Positions 36,889 to 47,494 of a stretch of DNA of 64,000 bases are shown piece after piece. Made by a program: the position numbers and the translations under genes. Below the pieces are notes generated by a model, which was given only the letters and a program-made list of their open reading frames with translations, did not search any database and had not been told where the DNA came from. Position 1 is the stretch's first letter, and every line of letters begins with the position of its first letter. The DNA lies in contig DASUEU010000027.1 of the NCBI GenBank assembly GCA_036274895.1, positions 136,883 to 200,882 of the forward strand, read 5' to 3'. This stretch comes from Thermoanaerobaculia bacterium. GTDB lineage: Bacteria; Acidobacteriota; Thermoanaerobaculia; Multivoradales; SZUA-115.

Positions 36889-36903
36889 GCCGCAACCTCT
36901 CCG

Positions 36904-36931
36904 ATCCCGGGGGGCGGACGCTCCCCGGGAT
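36904..36931. terminator. GC-rich hairpin (9-bp perfect stem ATCCCGGGG/CCCCGGGAT, 10-nt loop) between convergent genes
   Basis: Perfect inverted repeat 15 nt after the CVNH stop and ~10 nt before the convergent kinase-like gene stop. There is no U-tract, as is common in high-GC genomes. Confidence 0.5.
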
Positions 36932-36941
36932 GCCGCCCTGT

Positions 36942-37568
36942 TCAGGGTGCCCAGAGGCCGCCGGTCGCTTCGAGCCAGTCAGCGATGCGATCCGCCGCCA
37001 GGGCGGGATCCCCAGCCGAAACGTCCAGCTCGAGCCGGGGCAGCAGAGAGCCCGCGGCGAGCCCCCGCAGCACTTCTTGCTCCTCGACGAAGATCGACAG
37101 GTCGCCGTACTGGCCGGGATTGCCGGACACCAGCAGCCTCTTCTCGCGGGCGGCGGCGAAGGAGTCCGGGTTGCGGGTCACCAGCACCAACCGGAAGCCC
37201 AGGGGGAGGAGCCGCTCCTCGAGCCAGTGGAAGTCGTAGCGCCGGCCGTGCTGGCGCTCTTGATAGGCCATCGTTGAGAGGTGGAAGCGGTCGACGATCC
37301 ACGAGTAGTAGCGCTGGAGCTCGAAGAGCCGTACCCAGGTGCGATAGGTCTCGAGGGCCAGCTCCTCCTCCTCGGGAAGGAAGTTGATCAGGCCGCGGCC
37401 CCAGGGGGTGTTGGTGAAGCCGCACCACTCGGCCGAGATCAGGGGTGAGTGGTAGCGGTATTTGCGCGGTCCCACCACCCGAGGATGCTCGTTGAGGGCG
37501 AAGGCGATCTCCGTCTTGCCGGTCAGGCGGGTGCCTTCGAGGATGACCTTGGGACAGAGCTTGGGCAT
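36942..37568 (-). CDS. P-loop NTPase, deoxynucleoside-kinase/thymidylate-kinase-like
   Basis: 208 aa; VILEGTRLTGKTE Walker A in a dNK-like context; DRFHLST region resembling the dNK ERS motif; RBS before the ATG at 37568. The rest of the 597-aa six-frame ORF is antisense artefact. Confidence 0.55.
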   Translation of the reverse strand: MPKLCPKVILEGTRLTGKTEIAFALNEHPRVVGPRKYRYHSPLISAEWCGFTNTPWGRGLINFLPEEEELALETYRTWVRLFELQRYYSWIVDRFHLSTMAYQERQHGRRYDFHWLEERLLPLGFRLVLVTRNPDSFAAAREKRLLVSGNPGQYGDLSIFVEEQEVLRGLAAGSLLPRLELDVSAGDPALAADRIADWLEATGGLWAP

Positions 37569-37588
37569 GGGCGTCTCCAGGGCTTGGC

Positions 37589-38627
37589 TCAGGGCACACG
37601 CGCGACCACAAGGACGTTGCCGGGGGAGAGGGCCGGGCGGATGACCTTGGTGCGCCGGCAGCCGGCGGCCTCGAGCCAGGCGGCGTAGTCCTCGCCATGG
37701 TGGGCGCGGGCGGTGGAGGTGAGGCGGAAGAACAGGGCGACGCCGTCGCCGAACGCCGGCCGAGTGCCGGGCCGCGGGGCCTCGATCTCCCAGACGGCGA
37801 CCGTGCCGCCGGGCCGGACGGCTCGGCGCGCCCGCTCGAGGATCGCCCGGCATGGCTCCTCCTCGAAGTGGTGCAGGAGGTTGGCGACCAGGGCCACGTC
37901 GTAGCCCTCGCCCAGCTCGGCGGTCAAGGCCTCGCCCTCGCGATGCTCCACAAGATCGGCGATCCCGGCCTCCTTCGCCAGCACGCGGGCATGCTCGAGG
38001 GCCTGGGGCAGGTCCACCACCACCGAGCGCATGGGTGGATGGCGGCGGCAGATCTCCGCCCCCAGCAAGCCGTGGGAGCCGGCGAGATCGAGCAGGCGCG
38101 TCGCCCCTTTCGGCACCGGCACCCGCCCGGCCATCGCCGGAGCGTCGAAGCGAGCCACCTCGAGCATGGCTCGCTGGTACCACGCCCACTCCCCGGTGTC
38201 GGTCATGGTGTGATGGAAGTCCACGCCGCGGCCCGTCCGCACCAGGGGCTCCATCTGCTCGAGGAAGCTCCACTGGGTGAAGGTCCACTCGACGAAGCCG
38301 CGCAGGTCCTGGGGCGAGCCGGCCACCAGGCTGCGCCTGGCCAGGCGGGAGAGGCGGAAGCGCCCCCGCCGCAGTTCGAGGTAATCGAGGAAGACCAGGC
38401 TGCGCAGCAGCAGCTCGGTCGCCTCGGCATCGAGGCCCTTCTCGGCGGCCAGCTCCGCCGCGGTCTTCGAGCGCTCGGTCAGGGCCTCGAAGAGCCCCAA
38501 CCGCACCGCCGTCATCAGGCAGCGGGCCTTGACGATGGAATAGAGAGCGTCGAGGGCCGGCACCGGCACCCGGCCCACGGCCAGGGCCAGCCGCTCGAGC
38601 AGGTTGGTGGGGCGCACGCCGTACTTC
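37589..38627 (-). CDS. Class I SAM-dependent O-methyltransferase (plant/bacterial OMT type with dimerisation domain)
   Basis: LLDLAGSHG SAM motif, LVANLLHHF, and an N-terminal dimerisation-like region (MTAVRLGLFEAL). Start uncertain: GTG at ~38627 or ATG at 38764. Confidence 0.7.
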
Positions 38628-38983
38628 ACGGCGGGGGAGCCTAGCAGGCGGTGGTCTGGGGTTCGAGCGAGGAGGCTGGAAAAATGGCGACGGTTTTGCC
38701 ATTCCCCCCTTCTGTCTCGGCAACAGCGCCGCCATCGTGTCGGTCGTCTCGCCGGGATCCCCATCCGGGCGCTGTCACTCGGGGTGGGCGACCGTCCTCT
38801 CCGGAGCCCACTTCAACTGCGATTGTTGCGTCTTTGCGTCTTTTTCACCTGGCTCAAGATTTGCAGTGTTCCAGTTTCCACTTCCGAGCTGCACTATAGG
38901 GATGCACAGCCATTCCCCGGCCAACCGCGGCGTTCGGGGAGACCTCAGTTCCCGACACCGTCGCTTTCGAAGGAGGAAGAACG

Positions 38984-41394
38984 TGAAGGACAGAACCCTA
39001 CCCATCCCACTCGACGCCCGGCGGCGGGCGACGAGGCGCGCGGCCCTCGCCACCGCGCTCGCGCTGGTCCTCCTGACCGGCGGCTCCGCTCTGGCCGGCC
39101 ACGACGACGTTGGTGAGAAGTGGCAGGCCCAGGGTCCGGCCCCCAACACCGAGGGGCAGACCGAGAACGTGACCCCCGACAACCAGGTCGTGGGTGCCGT
39201 CCACGTCGTGGTCGCTCATCCCACCTCGCCGAGCACCCTCTACGTCGGATCGGTGAACGGCGGCGTGTGGAAGACCACCAACGCCACCTCCAACAACATC
39301 AAGTGGAAGCCCCTGACGGATGACCTGGGCTCGCCCTCGATCGGTGCCCTCGACATGGATCCCAGCGTGCCCAGCCACAAGACCCTGGTGGCCGGCATCG
39401 GCGGCTTCTCGAGCCTGGGCCGCTTGCGGGGCGCGGCGATCGGCCTGCTGCGCACGACCAACGGCGGCGAGAGCTGGACCGTGATCAACGGTGGCGGCAC
39501 CCTTCTCGGCAAGAACATCTCCGGCGTGGCGGCCCGGGGCAACACGCTGGTGGTTTCAGTCAACACCGCCGACGCCTTCACCTTCCCCAACATCGGCATC
39601 TTCCGCTCGGCGGACGGTGGCGCCACCTTCACCCAGATCTCAGTCGGCAACGGCGCCGGCACCGGTCTGCCCGGCGGCGTCGCCAACGATCTGGTGGGGG
39701 ATCCCCTGAACCCGAGCCGCCTGTTCACCAGCATCCTCTTCGCCAACTCGCTCGGCGGACTGAACGGCGTGTACCGCAGCGACGACACCGGGGCCACCTG
39801 GACCAAGGTCAGCAGCCCGGCCATGGATGCTCTGCTGATCTCGGGCGTCACCAGCAACGTGGAGTTCGCCGTCGGTCGCCACAACAACGTCTATGCGGCG
39901 ATTGCCAACAGCGGTCGGCTGGCCGGCGTGTTCCGCTCGGGCGACGGCGGCGCCACCTGGACGGCGATGGACCTGCCGCTGACCAACGAGGGCTCCCTGA
40001 TCGGCATCCACCCCGGCGGCCAGGCCTCGATCCACCTGTCGATCGTGGCTGACCCGACCGACGCCCACATCGTCTACATCGGCGGCGACCGCCAGCCCCT
40101 GTTCAACGAGGTGGCCAACCCGCCGCTTTCGGACTTCCCGAACTCGATCGGCGCCGTCGACTTCTCCGGCCGCCTCTTCCGCGGTAACGCCTCCTCGCCC
40201 GCGGGCAGCCAGTGGGTGCACCTCACCCACTCTTCGAGCCTCGGCGCTCCCGGCGGCGGCACGGCCTCCTCGAGCTCGCCCCACGCCGACTCCCGCGAGA
40301 TGACCTTCGACGCCCACGGCCGGCTGATCGAGACCGACGACGGCGGCATCTTCCGGCGCTCGAACCCCCGCGACAACACCGGTGACTGGACCTCGCTCAA
40401 CGGCAACCTGCAGGTCGGCGAGTTCCACGCCACCACTTCGGACGAGCTGTCGAACATCGTCTTCGGCGGTACCCAGGACATCGGCACGGACGTCCAGGAC
40501 CTGCCCTTCGACCTCGAGTGGTCGACCCTCTTGGGCGGCGATGGCAGCGACACCGCCGTCGACGACGTCTCGAACCCGGCCTTCTCCACCCGCTTCTCCT
40601 CCGCCCAGTTCCTCCAAGCCTTCAACCGCACCTTCTGGGACGCTGCCAACAACTTCCTGGGCTTCGACTTCCCGACCCGCACGCCGATTGGCGGCAGCCC
40701 GGCGATGGTGGCCCAGTTCTACACCCCGGTGCGGATCAACAACGTCGACAAGAACCGCCTGATCTTCGGCGCCAACAACGGCGTTTACGAGAGCCAGGAC
40801 CAGGGCTTCACCGTGCTGCGCATCGGCGCGGGCATCGTGGTCACCGGCAACCCCAGTGACCCCATCGGCTACGGCGCCACCGGCAACCCCGACATCCTCT
40901 ACCTCGGCACCACCGACGACGTCTGGGTGCGCACCGCCGCCCATCCGGCGCCGCTGGTGCTCTCCGCCACCTTCCCGGGCAACGGCACCGGCCGCGCCGT
41001 GCGCGACATCGCCATCGATCCGGACAACGGCAACCAGGCCTTCGCGATGAACCTGGGCGGTGTCTACCGCACCCAGGATGCCGGCGCCACCTGGACGGAC
41101 GTCACCGGCAACCTCCTCACCTTCCCCATCACCACTCCCCGCAGCCTCGCCCTGGCCCGCACTTCCGAGGGCGACGCCATCGTGGTCGGCACCGTGGGCG
41201 GCGTCTACATCGCCACGGCGGACGACGGCTTCGCGGTCTGGCAGAAGCTGGGCGAGGATCTGCCCAACACCCACGTCTTCGAGCTGGAGTACGACGCCAG
41301 CACGGACACCCTCGTCGCCGGCACCATCGGTCGCGCCACCTGGAAGCAGAAGAAGCTCTCGGAGACGATCGAGGAGATCAACAACGATGACTAG
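38984..41394 (+). CDS. Secreted BNR/Asp-box repeat beta-propeller protein (sialidase/GH74-like fold)
   Basis: GTG start after a GAAGGAGGA RBS; signal peptide; >=6 Asp-box motifs (SADGGATF, SDDTGATW, SGDGGATW, TNGGESW, TQDAGATW, SQDQGFT). Confidence 0.7.
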
Positions 41395-41450
41395 CCCCTG
41401 GAGCCTCGATCCATCCCAACGGACAACCCTTTCTTCGAGGGAGAAGACCA

Positions 41451-42484
41451 TGAGCCTCGATGTGATCTCGCGTTCGCGGCGCACCGCCGCGGCGCTTGCG
41501 CTGGTCGCGAGCCTCCTGCTCGCCGCCGGCTTCGCCCCCGCGGCCCTGGCCGCCGGGGAGCGCGCCGCCTCTCCGGCCCTCGCCGACGGCGTGGTGGTTG
41601 ACGCCGCGCGCGGCGTGGCCTACGTGATGAACGCCCAGGGCGGCATCGACGCCGTCGAGCTCGCCCGCGGCACCACCTCCTGGGCCACCGACGCGGCCGC
41701 CAAGCCGCTGCTGGTCGACGGGGAGACCCTGCTCGCCCAGGCCAAGACCGGCGCCGCGGGCCAGCTGCCCCTGGCGCTGATCAGCCTGGGCGCCGACAAG
41801 GGCGCCCGGCCCCTCGCCGTGGAGCTGCCCGCCGGCGTCCAGGCTCGCCTGGTCGACGGTCGCGACGGCTTCTTCCGCCTCGAGGCCGAGGTCGGCGCGG
41901 CGGGTGAGGTGGTCCTCACCTGGCTTTCCGCCAGCATCCCGGTGCAGGGCGCGCTGCTGGTCGACGAGGGAGCGCCCCTGGTCACTGCCTCGGCGACCCT
42001 CACCGAGCGCCGCCTCGCCCACCCGGCCACGCACCAGGAAGGTGCGGCGGCCGTCCAGCTCGCCACGGGGGTTGCCCGGGCGATGCCCGTCGAAGAGGCC
42101 CGCGGCCGGCTGGCCACCCGCGCCGGCGCTGAGCGCTTCGCCGTCAAGGCCGACGGAGCCCGGCAGTACCTGTCGGCCGATGGCCGGCACTTCCTGGTCA
42201 GTCAGACCACCCAGGCCGCCGACCCTGCTTCTCGCTATCGCTGGACGCTGGTCGAGCGGGCCAGCGGAGCGGTGCTCGGCAGCCTCGCGACGAGCGCGCC
42301 GACGGCGCCGTTCGTGATCTCCGGCTCACGGCTGATCTTGGTGGCCCAGCCGCGGATCCAGCGCGTCGAGGGCAAGTGGCTGGAGGAGGCCCGCACCTTG
42401 AAGGCCATCGACCTCGCCACCGGCGCCCAGCTGTGGACCCGCGCCGTGGTCGACCCGACTTTCCGCGGCCCGGCCGCCCCGTAG
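41451..42484 (+). CDS. Secreted hypothetical protein
   Basis: Signal peptide RRTAAALALVASLLLAAGFAPAALA; Ala-rich with no known motif. Confidence 0.5.
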
Positions 42485-42583
42485 CCCTTCCGCGCCTCAC
42501 CGCCACCCCCTCGCCTCGGACCGAGCGTCCAGCTCGGCCCGGGGCGAGGGTTCCATCCCCCCGGGTGATAGCGTGGCTCGACC

Positions 42584-43471
42584 ATGGCCTTCGCTGTTGG
42601 CCGCAGGAGGCGGACCGTGCTCACCTGGCTCGCGCTGCTCCTGATTGTCCAGGTCGGGATGCCCCTGGCGATGGCTCTGGGTCGCAACCGGCTGATTTTC
42701 CTGCCGACGGCGGCGCCGGGACCGGAAGGGGGGGTGGAGGCGTTTCCGCCCGACGTGGAGGGCCGTCTCGTGCGCATCCGGCGACCGGACGGCCGCCTGC
42801 TCCCGGCCTATGACGCCCGGCCCCGGGGCCTTGCCGACGATCACGGGCCGGTGGTGCTCTTCGCCCACGGCAACGCGGGGAACCTCTTCCATCGAGCCGG
42901 GCTGCTCGCCTTCTTCGCCCGCCACACCGGGGTGCGAACCCTGCTGTTCGAGTACTCGGGCTACGGCGGGGCCGCGGGGATGCCGAGTGAGCAGGAGGTC
43001 TACCGCGACGGCCTCGCCGCCTACGACCATCTGGTGGCCGACGGCGTGGCGCCGGGGCGCATCGTGCTGTACGGCGAGAGCCTCGGCGGCGCCGTGGCGC
43101 TCAAGATCGCCTCCGAGCGGCCGGTGGCGGGGGTGGTGCTGCAGGCGCCCTTCACCTCTCTCTCCTCCCTCGCCTGGCGGCTCTACCCATGGCTGCCCCT
43201 GGGACCGCTGCTGGTGCGCGGTGCCTTCCCCAATGCTCAACGCGTGCGCGCTCTCGCGGTGCCCCTGGCGGTGGTGCATGGCGAGGAGGACGAGATCATC
43301 CCCTTCGCCGAGGGCCGGCGCCTCCACGCTGCCGCCCCGGCCGGAGCCGAGCTGCTGCCCATCGCCGGCGCCGGCCACAACGACCTCTTCGAGATCGGCG
43401 GCGCCACGTACCTGCGGGGGCTGGGGGAGCGCTTCCGGAGGTGGGTGGCGGGGGCCAACGCGAGGGATTGA
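42584..43471 (+). CDS. Alpha/beta hydrolase (esterase/peptidase-like)
   Basis: GESLGG nucleophile elbow, HGNAGN, and a C-terminal D...H (AGHNDL). Confidence 0.75.
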   Translation: MAFAVGRRRRTVLTWLALLLIVQVGMPLAMALGRNRLIFLPTAAPGPEGGVEAFPPDVEGRLVRIRRPDGRLLPAYDARPRGLADDHGPVVLFAHGNAGNLFHRAGLLAFFARHTGVRTLLFEYSGYGGAAGMPSEQEVYRDGLAAYDHLVADGVAPGRIVLYGESLGGAVALKIASERPVAGVVLQAPFTSLSSLAWRLYPWLPLGPLLVRGAFPNAQRVRALAVPLAVVHGEEDEIIPFAEGRRLHAAAPAGAELLPIAGAGHNDLFEIGGATYLRGLGERFRRWVAGANARD

Positions 43472-43504
43472 GATCCCAGGCGTTGGCCAGGTGCTGCCCG
43501 GTGC

Positions 43505-46018
43505 TCACTTCTCGGCGGCCGCCTCCAGCTGCCGGACCCGCGAGGCCAGCTCTTCGAGCAGCCCCTGCTGCTCCTTGACGGCCTCGACGAGCACGGCAGT
43601 GAGCTTGGCGTAGTCCACGGATTTGTTGCCCTGGGCGTCGGTGTGGACGACCTCCGGCACGACTCGCTCGACCTCCTGGGCCAGGAAGCCGACCTCGGTG
43701 CCTGCCGGGAACTGCCGTTCCGGGAAGCGCGCGCGATCCCACTCGTAGCGGATGCCCTCGAGCCCGCGCACCAGGGCGAGGCCGTCGGTGATCCGCCCGC
43801 GACTGATCTTCCACCGGGCGTCCGAAGGCAGGCTCGAGACGTTGGCGCAGTAGATGGCGTAGCCGAACTCGGGCGCTACGGCCAGAACCTGGCCGCTGCT
43901 GCAGCCACCCGGGGGGAGATAGAACAGGCGGCCGTTGAGAAACGTTTCTCCATTGACGTGGAGCTTGTAGCTCGAGCCCGGCACGGTGCCGACACCCAGG
44001 CGGCCGGCAATGTCCACGTTGCTGTTGGCGTTGGGGAAGCTGACCGTTTGGAGGTTCGCGGTCATGACGAACGCCGTCGCGTTGTTGCGGGTCACCATGA
44101 AGCGGCCGAGGCTGTCGGCGCCGAACAGCTCCCAGCGGTTGTTGGGGTCGGCAAGCTGATCGGTGGGGTCGCTGAAGGCGATGCCGGTGTTGGAGCCGTG
44201 GATGTGGAGAGAGCTGCGAGGCACGCCGGTACCGATCATGACGTTGCCCGAGCCGTTGTCGCGGATCGAGCCGGAGACCAGCTGCGAGCCGTTCCACAGG
44301 GGCACGTACTGGGGGTTCTGGAAGCCGACCTCGGGATCCACCTCGGCGGTGAGGCCGGTGTGATCGATGCCGTCGGCGAAGCCGGCAGGGACGCCCGAGA
44401 TCTCACTCCAAGAACCGGCCGCGTTGTCCACGCCGTCGGCGAAGCCGGCCGGGATGCCGGTGATCTGGCTCCAGGCACCGGCCGTGTCGTCGGTTCCGTC
44501 GGCGAAGCCGGCCGGCACGCTGGCTAGCTCGCCCCAGGAGATCCCGTCCTTCACGTGCGCCGGCACGGTGGGATCTGACTCGGTGGCGATGCCGGTGTGA
44601 TCGATGCCGTCGGCAAAGCCGGCAGGGACGCCCGAGATCTCGCTCCAAGAACCGGCTGCGTTGTCCACGCCATCGGCGAAGCCGGCCGGGATGCCGATGA
44701 TCTGGCTCCAGGCCCCCGCCGCGTCGTCGGTTCCGTCGGCAAAGCCCGCCGGCACGCCGGCTAGCTCGCCCCAGGAGATCCCGTCCTTCACGTGTGCCGC
44801 CACGGTGGGATCGGACTCGGTCGCAATGCCGGTGTTGTCCACGCCGTCCGAGAAGCCGCCTGGGATGCCGGCCAGCTCGTTCCAGGAAACCCCGTCCTTC
44901 AGGCTCGCCGGCACTGTGGGATCCGTCTCGGCGGTCAGGCCGACAGCGTCGTCACCATCGGCGAAGCCGCCGGGGATACCCGCCACCTCGTTCCAGGAAA
45001 CCCCGTCTTTCACGCTCGCGGCCACCGTCGGGTCGGTCTCGGTAGCGAGGCCGACGGCGTCGTCACCATCGGCGAAGCCGGCGGGAATGCCGGCCAGCTC
45101 GTTCCAGGCCACGCCGTCTTTGACGCTCACGGCCACGGTGGGATCCGACTCCGTGGTCACCCCCACGGCGTCGTCACCATCGGCGAAGCCGGCGGGAATG
45201 CCGGCCAGCTCGTTCCAGGCCACGCCGTCCTTGACACTCGCAGCCACGGTGGGGTCTTCCTCCGTGGCCACGCCGACGGCGTCATCACCGTCGGCGAAGC
45301 CCGCGGGGATACCCGCCAGCTCACTCCAGGCCACGCCGTCCTTGACACTCGTGGCCACGGTGGGATCCGCTTCCGTCACCACGCCCACCGCATCGTCGCC
45401 GTCGGCGAAGCCGGGCGGGATGCCCGTGATCGCCTGCCAGTCGAGGGTGGTGGCGGCCGCCGTCATCTGGGTGGTGCCGTCCGGGAACTCGAAGCCGCCG
45501 TCGCTCGAGCGCACCGGCCCCTCCACCTCCAGCCCGCCCCGCAGGGTGCCGCCGGTGATGCGCAGAAAGTCCGCCGCCCCGTAGCCGGAGAGGGTGTCTG
45601 CCACGCGCGCCGCCCGCGCCTTGTCCGAGAAGATGGCGTAGGGCGCAGCCGTCAGCAGCTGCAGGGGGCGCAGGGCCTCGAGCTCGCCGGAGCCGGCCTG
45701 CCCGGTCTGGATCTCGAGCCAGCGCGGCTCGCCCGAGAACACGGTGTCGCCGAGGTCGAGCTGGAGTACGAAAAGGCCCTTCCTCACCGGTACGTCGAGC
45801 ACGGTCGTGGTGGCCAGCAGGTTGGTGGCGTCGGCATCGTCGTAGAGACTCACCACGAAGTCGTAGAGCCCGTCCGCCACGTCGCTACCCTGGCGCAGCA
45901 GGCCCTGGTAGGTGAAGGTTGAGGAGTGAGGGCCCTGCGCCCACCCGGGCGCGGCCGGCAGAAGCAGCGAGAGGACGAGGATCGAGCCGAGGAAACGTGA
46001 TCGGTGTTGGCGCAACAT
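43505..46018 (-). CDS. Secreted repeat protein with a C-terminal tail-fiber intramolecular-chaperone (peptidase S74) domain
   Basis: Signal peptide; ~9 tandem 37-aa repeats (DPTVAxSVKDGVxWxELAGIPAGFADGDDAVG...) plus ~10 shorter W.E..G.PAGFADG.D..G units. The C-terminus SDARWKI...GIRYEW...VGFLAQEVERVVPEVV...VDYAKLTAVLVEAVKEQQ matches the S74 chaperone domain. Confidence 0.75.
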   Translation of the reverse strand: MLRQHRSRFLGSILVLSLLLPAAPGWAQGPHSSTFTYQGLLRQGSDVADGLYDFVVSLYDDADATNLLATTTVLDVPVRKGLFVLQLDLGDTVFSGEPRWLEIQTGQAGSGELEALRPLQLLTAAPYAIFSDKARAARVADTLSGYGAADFLRITGGTLRGGLEVEGPVRSSDGGFEFPDGTTQMTAAATTLDWQAITGIPPGFADGDDAVGVVTEADPTVATSVKDGVAWSELAGIPAGFADGDDAVGVATEEDPTVAASVKDGVAWNELAGIPAGFADGDDAVGVTTESDPTVAVSVKDGVAWNELAGIPAGFADGDDAVGLATETDPTVAASVKDGVSWNEVAGIPGGFADGDDAVGLTAETDPTVPASLKDGVSWNELAGIPGGFSDGVDNTGIATESDPTVAAHVKDGISWGELAGVPAGFADGTDDAAGAWSQIIGIPAGFADGVDNAAGSWSEISGVPAGFADGIDHTGIATESDPTVPAHVKDGISWGELASVPAGFADGTDDTAGAWSQITGIPAGFADGVDNAAGSWSEISGVPAGFADGIDHTGLTAEVDPEVGFQNPQYVPLWNGSQLVSGSIRDNGSGNVMIGTGVPRSSLHIHGSNTGIAFSDPTDQLADPNNRWELFGADSLGRFMVTRNNATAFVMTANLQTVSFPNANSNVDIAGRLGVGTVPGSSYKLHVNGETFLNGRLFYLPPGGCSSGQVLAVAPEFGYAIYCANVSSLPSDARWKISRGRITDGLALVRGLEGIRYEWDRARFPERQFPAGTEVGFLAQEVERVVPEVVHTDAQGNKSVDYAKLTAVLVEAVKEQQGLLEELASRVRQLEAAAEK
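44370..45430. repeat. ~111-bp tandem coding repeats (about 9 copies) inside the tail-fiber-like gene
   Basis: Periodic recurrence of GIPAGFADGDDAVG-encoding units. The repeated peptide patterns in all six-frame ORFs across this interval confirm DNA-level periodicity. Confidence 0.7.
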
Positions 46019-46021
46019 GGC

Positions 46022-46300
46022 TCACTCCCCTTCCGCGGACTCATCCTGGATCACCACGGAGCTGAGCTGAAACAAGCCGAGGAAGCCGCCGGCGACCGTC
46101 GAGATCGGGGAGTCCATGGTGCCGGCATCGGCCTGGCCGACGACGGCGAGGCACTCGAACCGGCCTGAGCGGGAGGCGCCGCCCCCGCCGTCCACCGAGT
46201 ACCAGGGAACGTCGAACGTCGCCGGCGAGTCCGCCATGGCTCTCATCGGGACGATCGTGAGAATCGAAAACACGAGGACAAAGCGAGCCCATCTCGACAT
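46022..46300 (-). CDS. Small secreted protein (92 aa) immediately upstream of, and 3 bp from, the tail-fiber-like gene
   Basis: GGAGG RBS; signal peptide MSRWARFVLVFSILTIVPMRAMA; single Cys. Confidence 0.55.
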   Translation of the reverse strand: MSRWARFVLVFSILTIVPMRAMADSPATFDVPWYSVDGGGGASRSGRFECLAVVGQADAGTMDSPISTVAGGFLGLFQLSSVVIQDESAEGE

Positions 46301-46682
46301 GATCGAGCCTCCGTAGCCACGCGGGTGGATCCGTTCCTCCCGCAAACCCCGTTGAAGGGACGATCGGTTGGATGAGGTGGGGCGGGAAATGTTTAGAAGG
46401 GGGAGGAGCGCCTCGCTTCAGACGTTACCGAGCCTCGCACGGGCGGCGCCCCTCGAGAGAGTTGTGACCTGGAAACGAGCTGGCTAGACTGCCCGGTGTG
46501 GCCATCCTCGGGTTTCGCCACAGAGGGCTGCCGCCTGACGCACCGAGCACCGGGCCCGAGGAGGCACGGCAACGGGCGGCTTCATCCAGCGAAACCTTCG
46601 CCTTCCTCGTCGCCCCTGCCGAGTACATCTACACCGAAGCGCCTGACACGACCTTCAGGTCCCACTCTCTCGGGAGACTCCC

Positions 46683-46982
46683 ATGATCGCGCGAATCTGG
46701 CATGGCACGACCCCGGCTCGGCGTTCCGAGGAATACTTGAAGTTCCTCCAGGAGAGGGCGATCCCCGACTATCGGTCGGTCCCCGGCAATCTGGCGGTGT
46801 TCATCCTGAGGCGGGTCGAGGGCGACGTAGCGCATTTCATCACCCTGACGCACTGGGACTCCGTCGAGGCGATCAGGGCCTTCGCCGGGCCGGACATCTC
46901 CGTGGCGAAGTACTATCCGGAGGATACGGACCTTCTCCTCGAGCTCGAGCCCACGGTGCAGCACTTCGAAGTCTTTTCGTAG
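46683..46982 (+). CDS. Small ABM/Dabb-like (antibiotic biosynthesis monooxygenase fold) protein
   Basis: 99 aa. The ABM-like assignment is tentative, based on a ferredoxin-like fold pattern (HFITLTHWDSVEAIRAF). Confidence 0.45.
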   Translation: MIARIWHGTTPARRSEEYLKFLQERAIPDYRSVPGNLAVFILRRVEGDVAHFITLTHWDSVEAIRAFAGPDISVAKYYPEDTDLLLELEPTVQHFEVFS

Positions 46983-47494
46983 AGGTGCCAGGAAGGCTCG
47001 TCTAGCGCGACCGGGACGTTCTCGCTGATCGCCGCACGATCCGCGCCGTGGACCTCCCTAGACACGCCGCCCGGAGCTCCGGCGCCCTGGGGGTCCGGAA
47101 ACGAAAGCCGCATGTGCGCCCAGCCTGCCCACGGCGACACCTCCGTGCCCCTTCGCCCCGAAAGAGCGGCTCGAACCCGGAGTGGCTGTGTAAACCTCAA
47201 CGCGCCAGTCACTTGCCGCGGACCTTGTCCTCGCGTTCCGGTAGCCTGATGTCCCGTGGCCCGTCCCTCTCGAAGGCTTGCAGCCAGCACCTTGGTCGGC
47301 AACACGTTGTCGCTATGACTCCTTGAGGAGTCGGCGTAGAATTCCCCAAAACCTCGAACGGTGCGGGAGATTGCCAGGCCCCATCATGGTCAGGAATAGA
47401 TCGCCATTCCGACGACGGCTGGTTGCTGTTCTTGGCGCGGTGCGATGTCGGCGAATCGAGATGTACTAGTTGAGCGATCTGCGGAACGACTTCC

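Noticed and set aside
36942-38735. 597-aa minus-strand ORF
   Set aside because: Only the last 208 codons (from MPKLCPK, with RBS) look like a real P-loop protein. The remainder overlaps the O-methyltransferase gene out of frame.
44370-45430. Regularly spaced repeats that could be mistaken for a CRISPR array
   Set aside because: The repeats are 111 bp, in-frame, and encode a conserved peptide unit within a long ORF with signal peptide and an S74 domain. There are no short unique spacers or cas genes.
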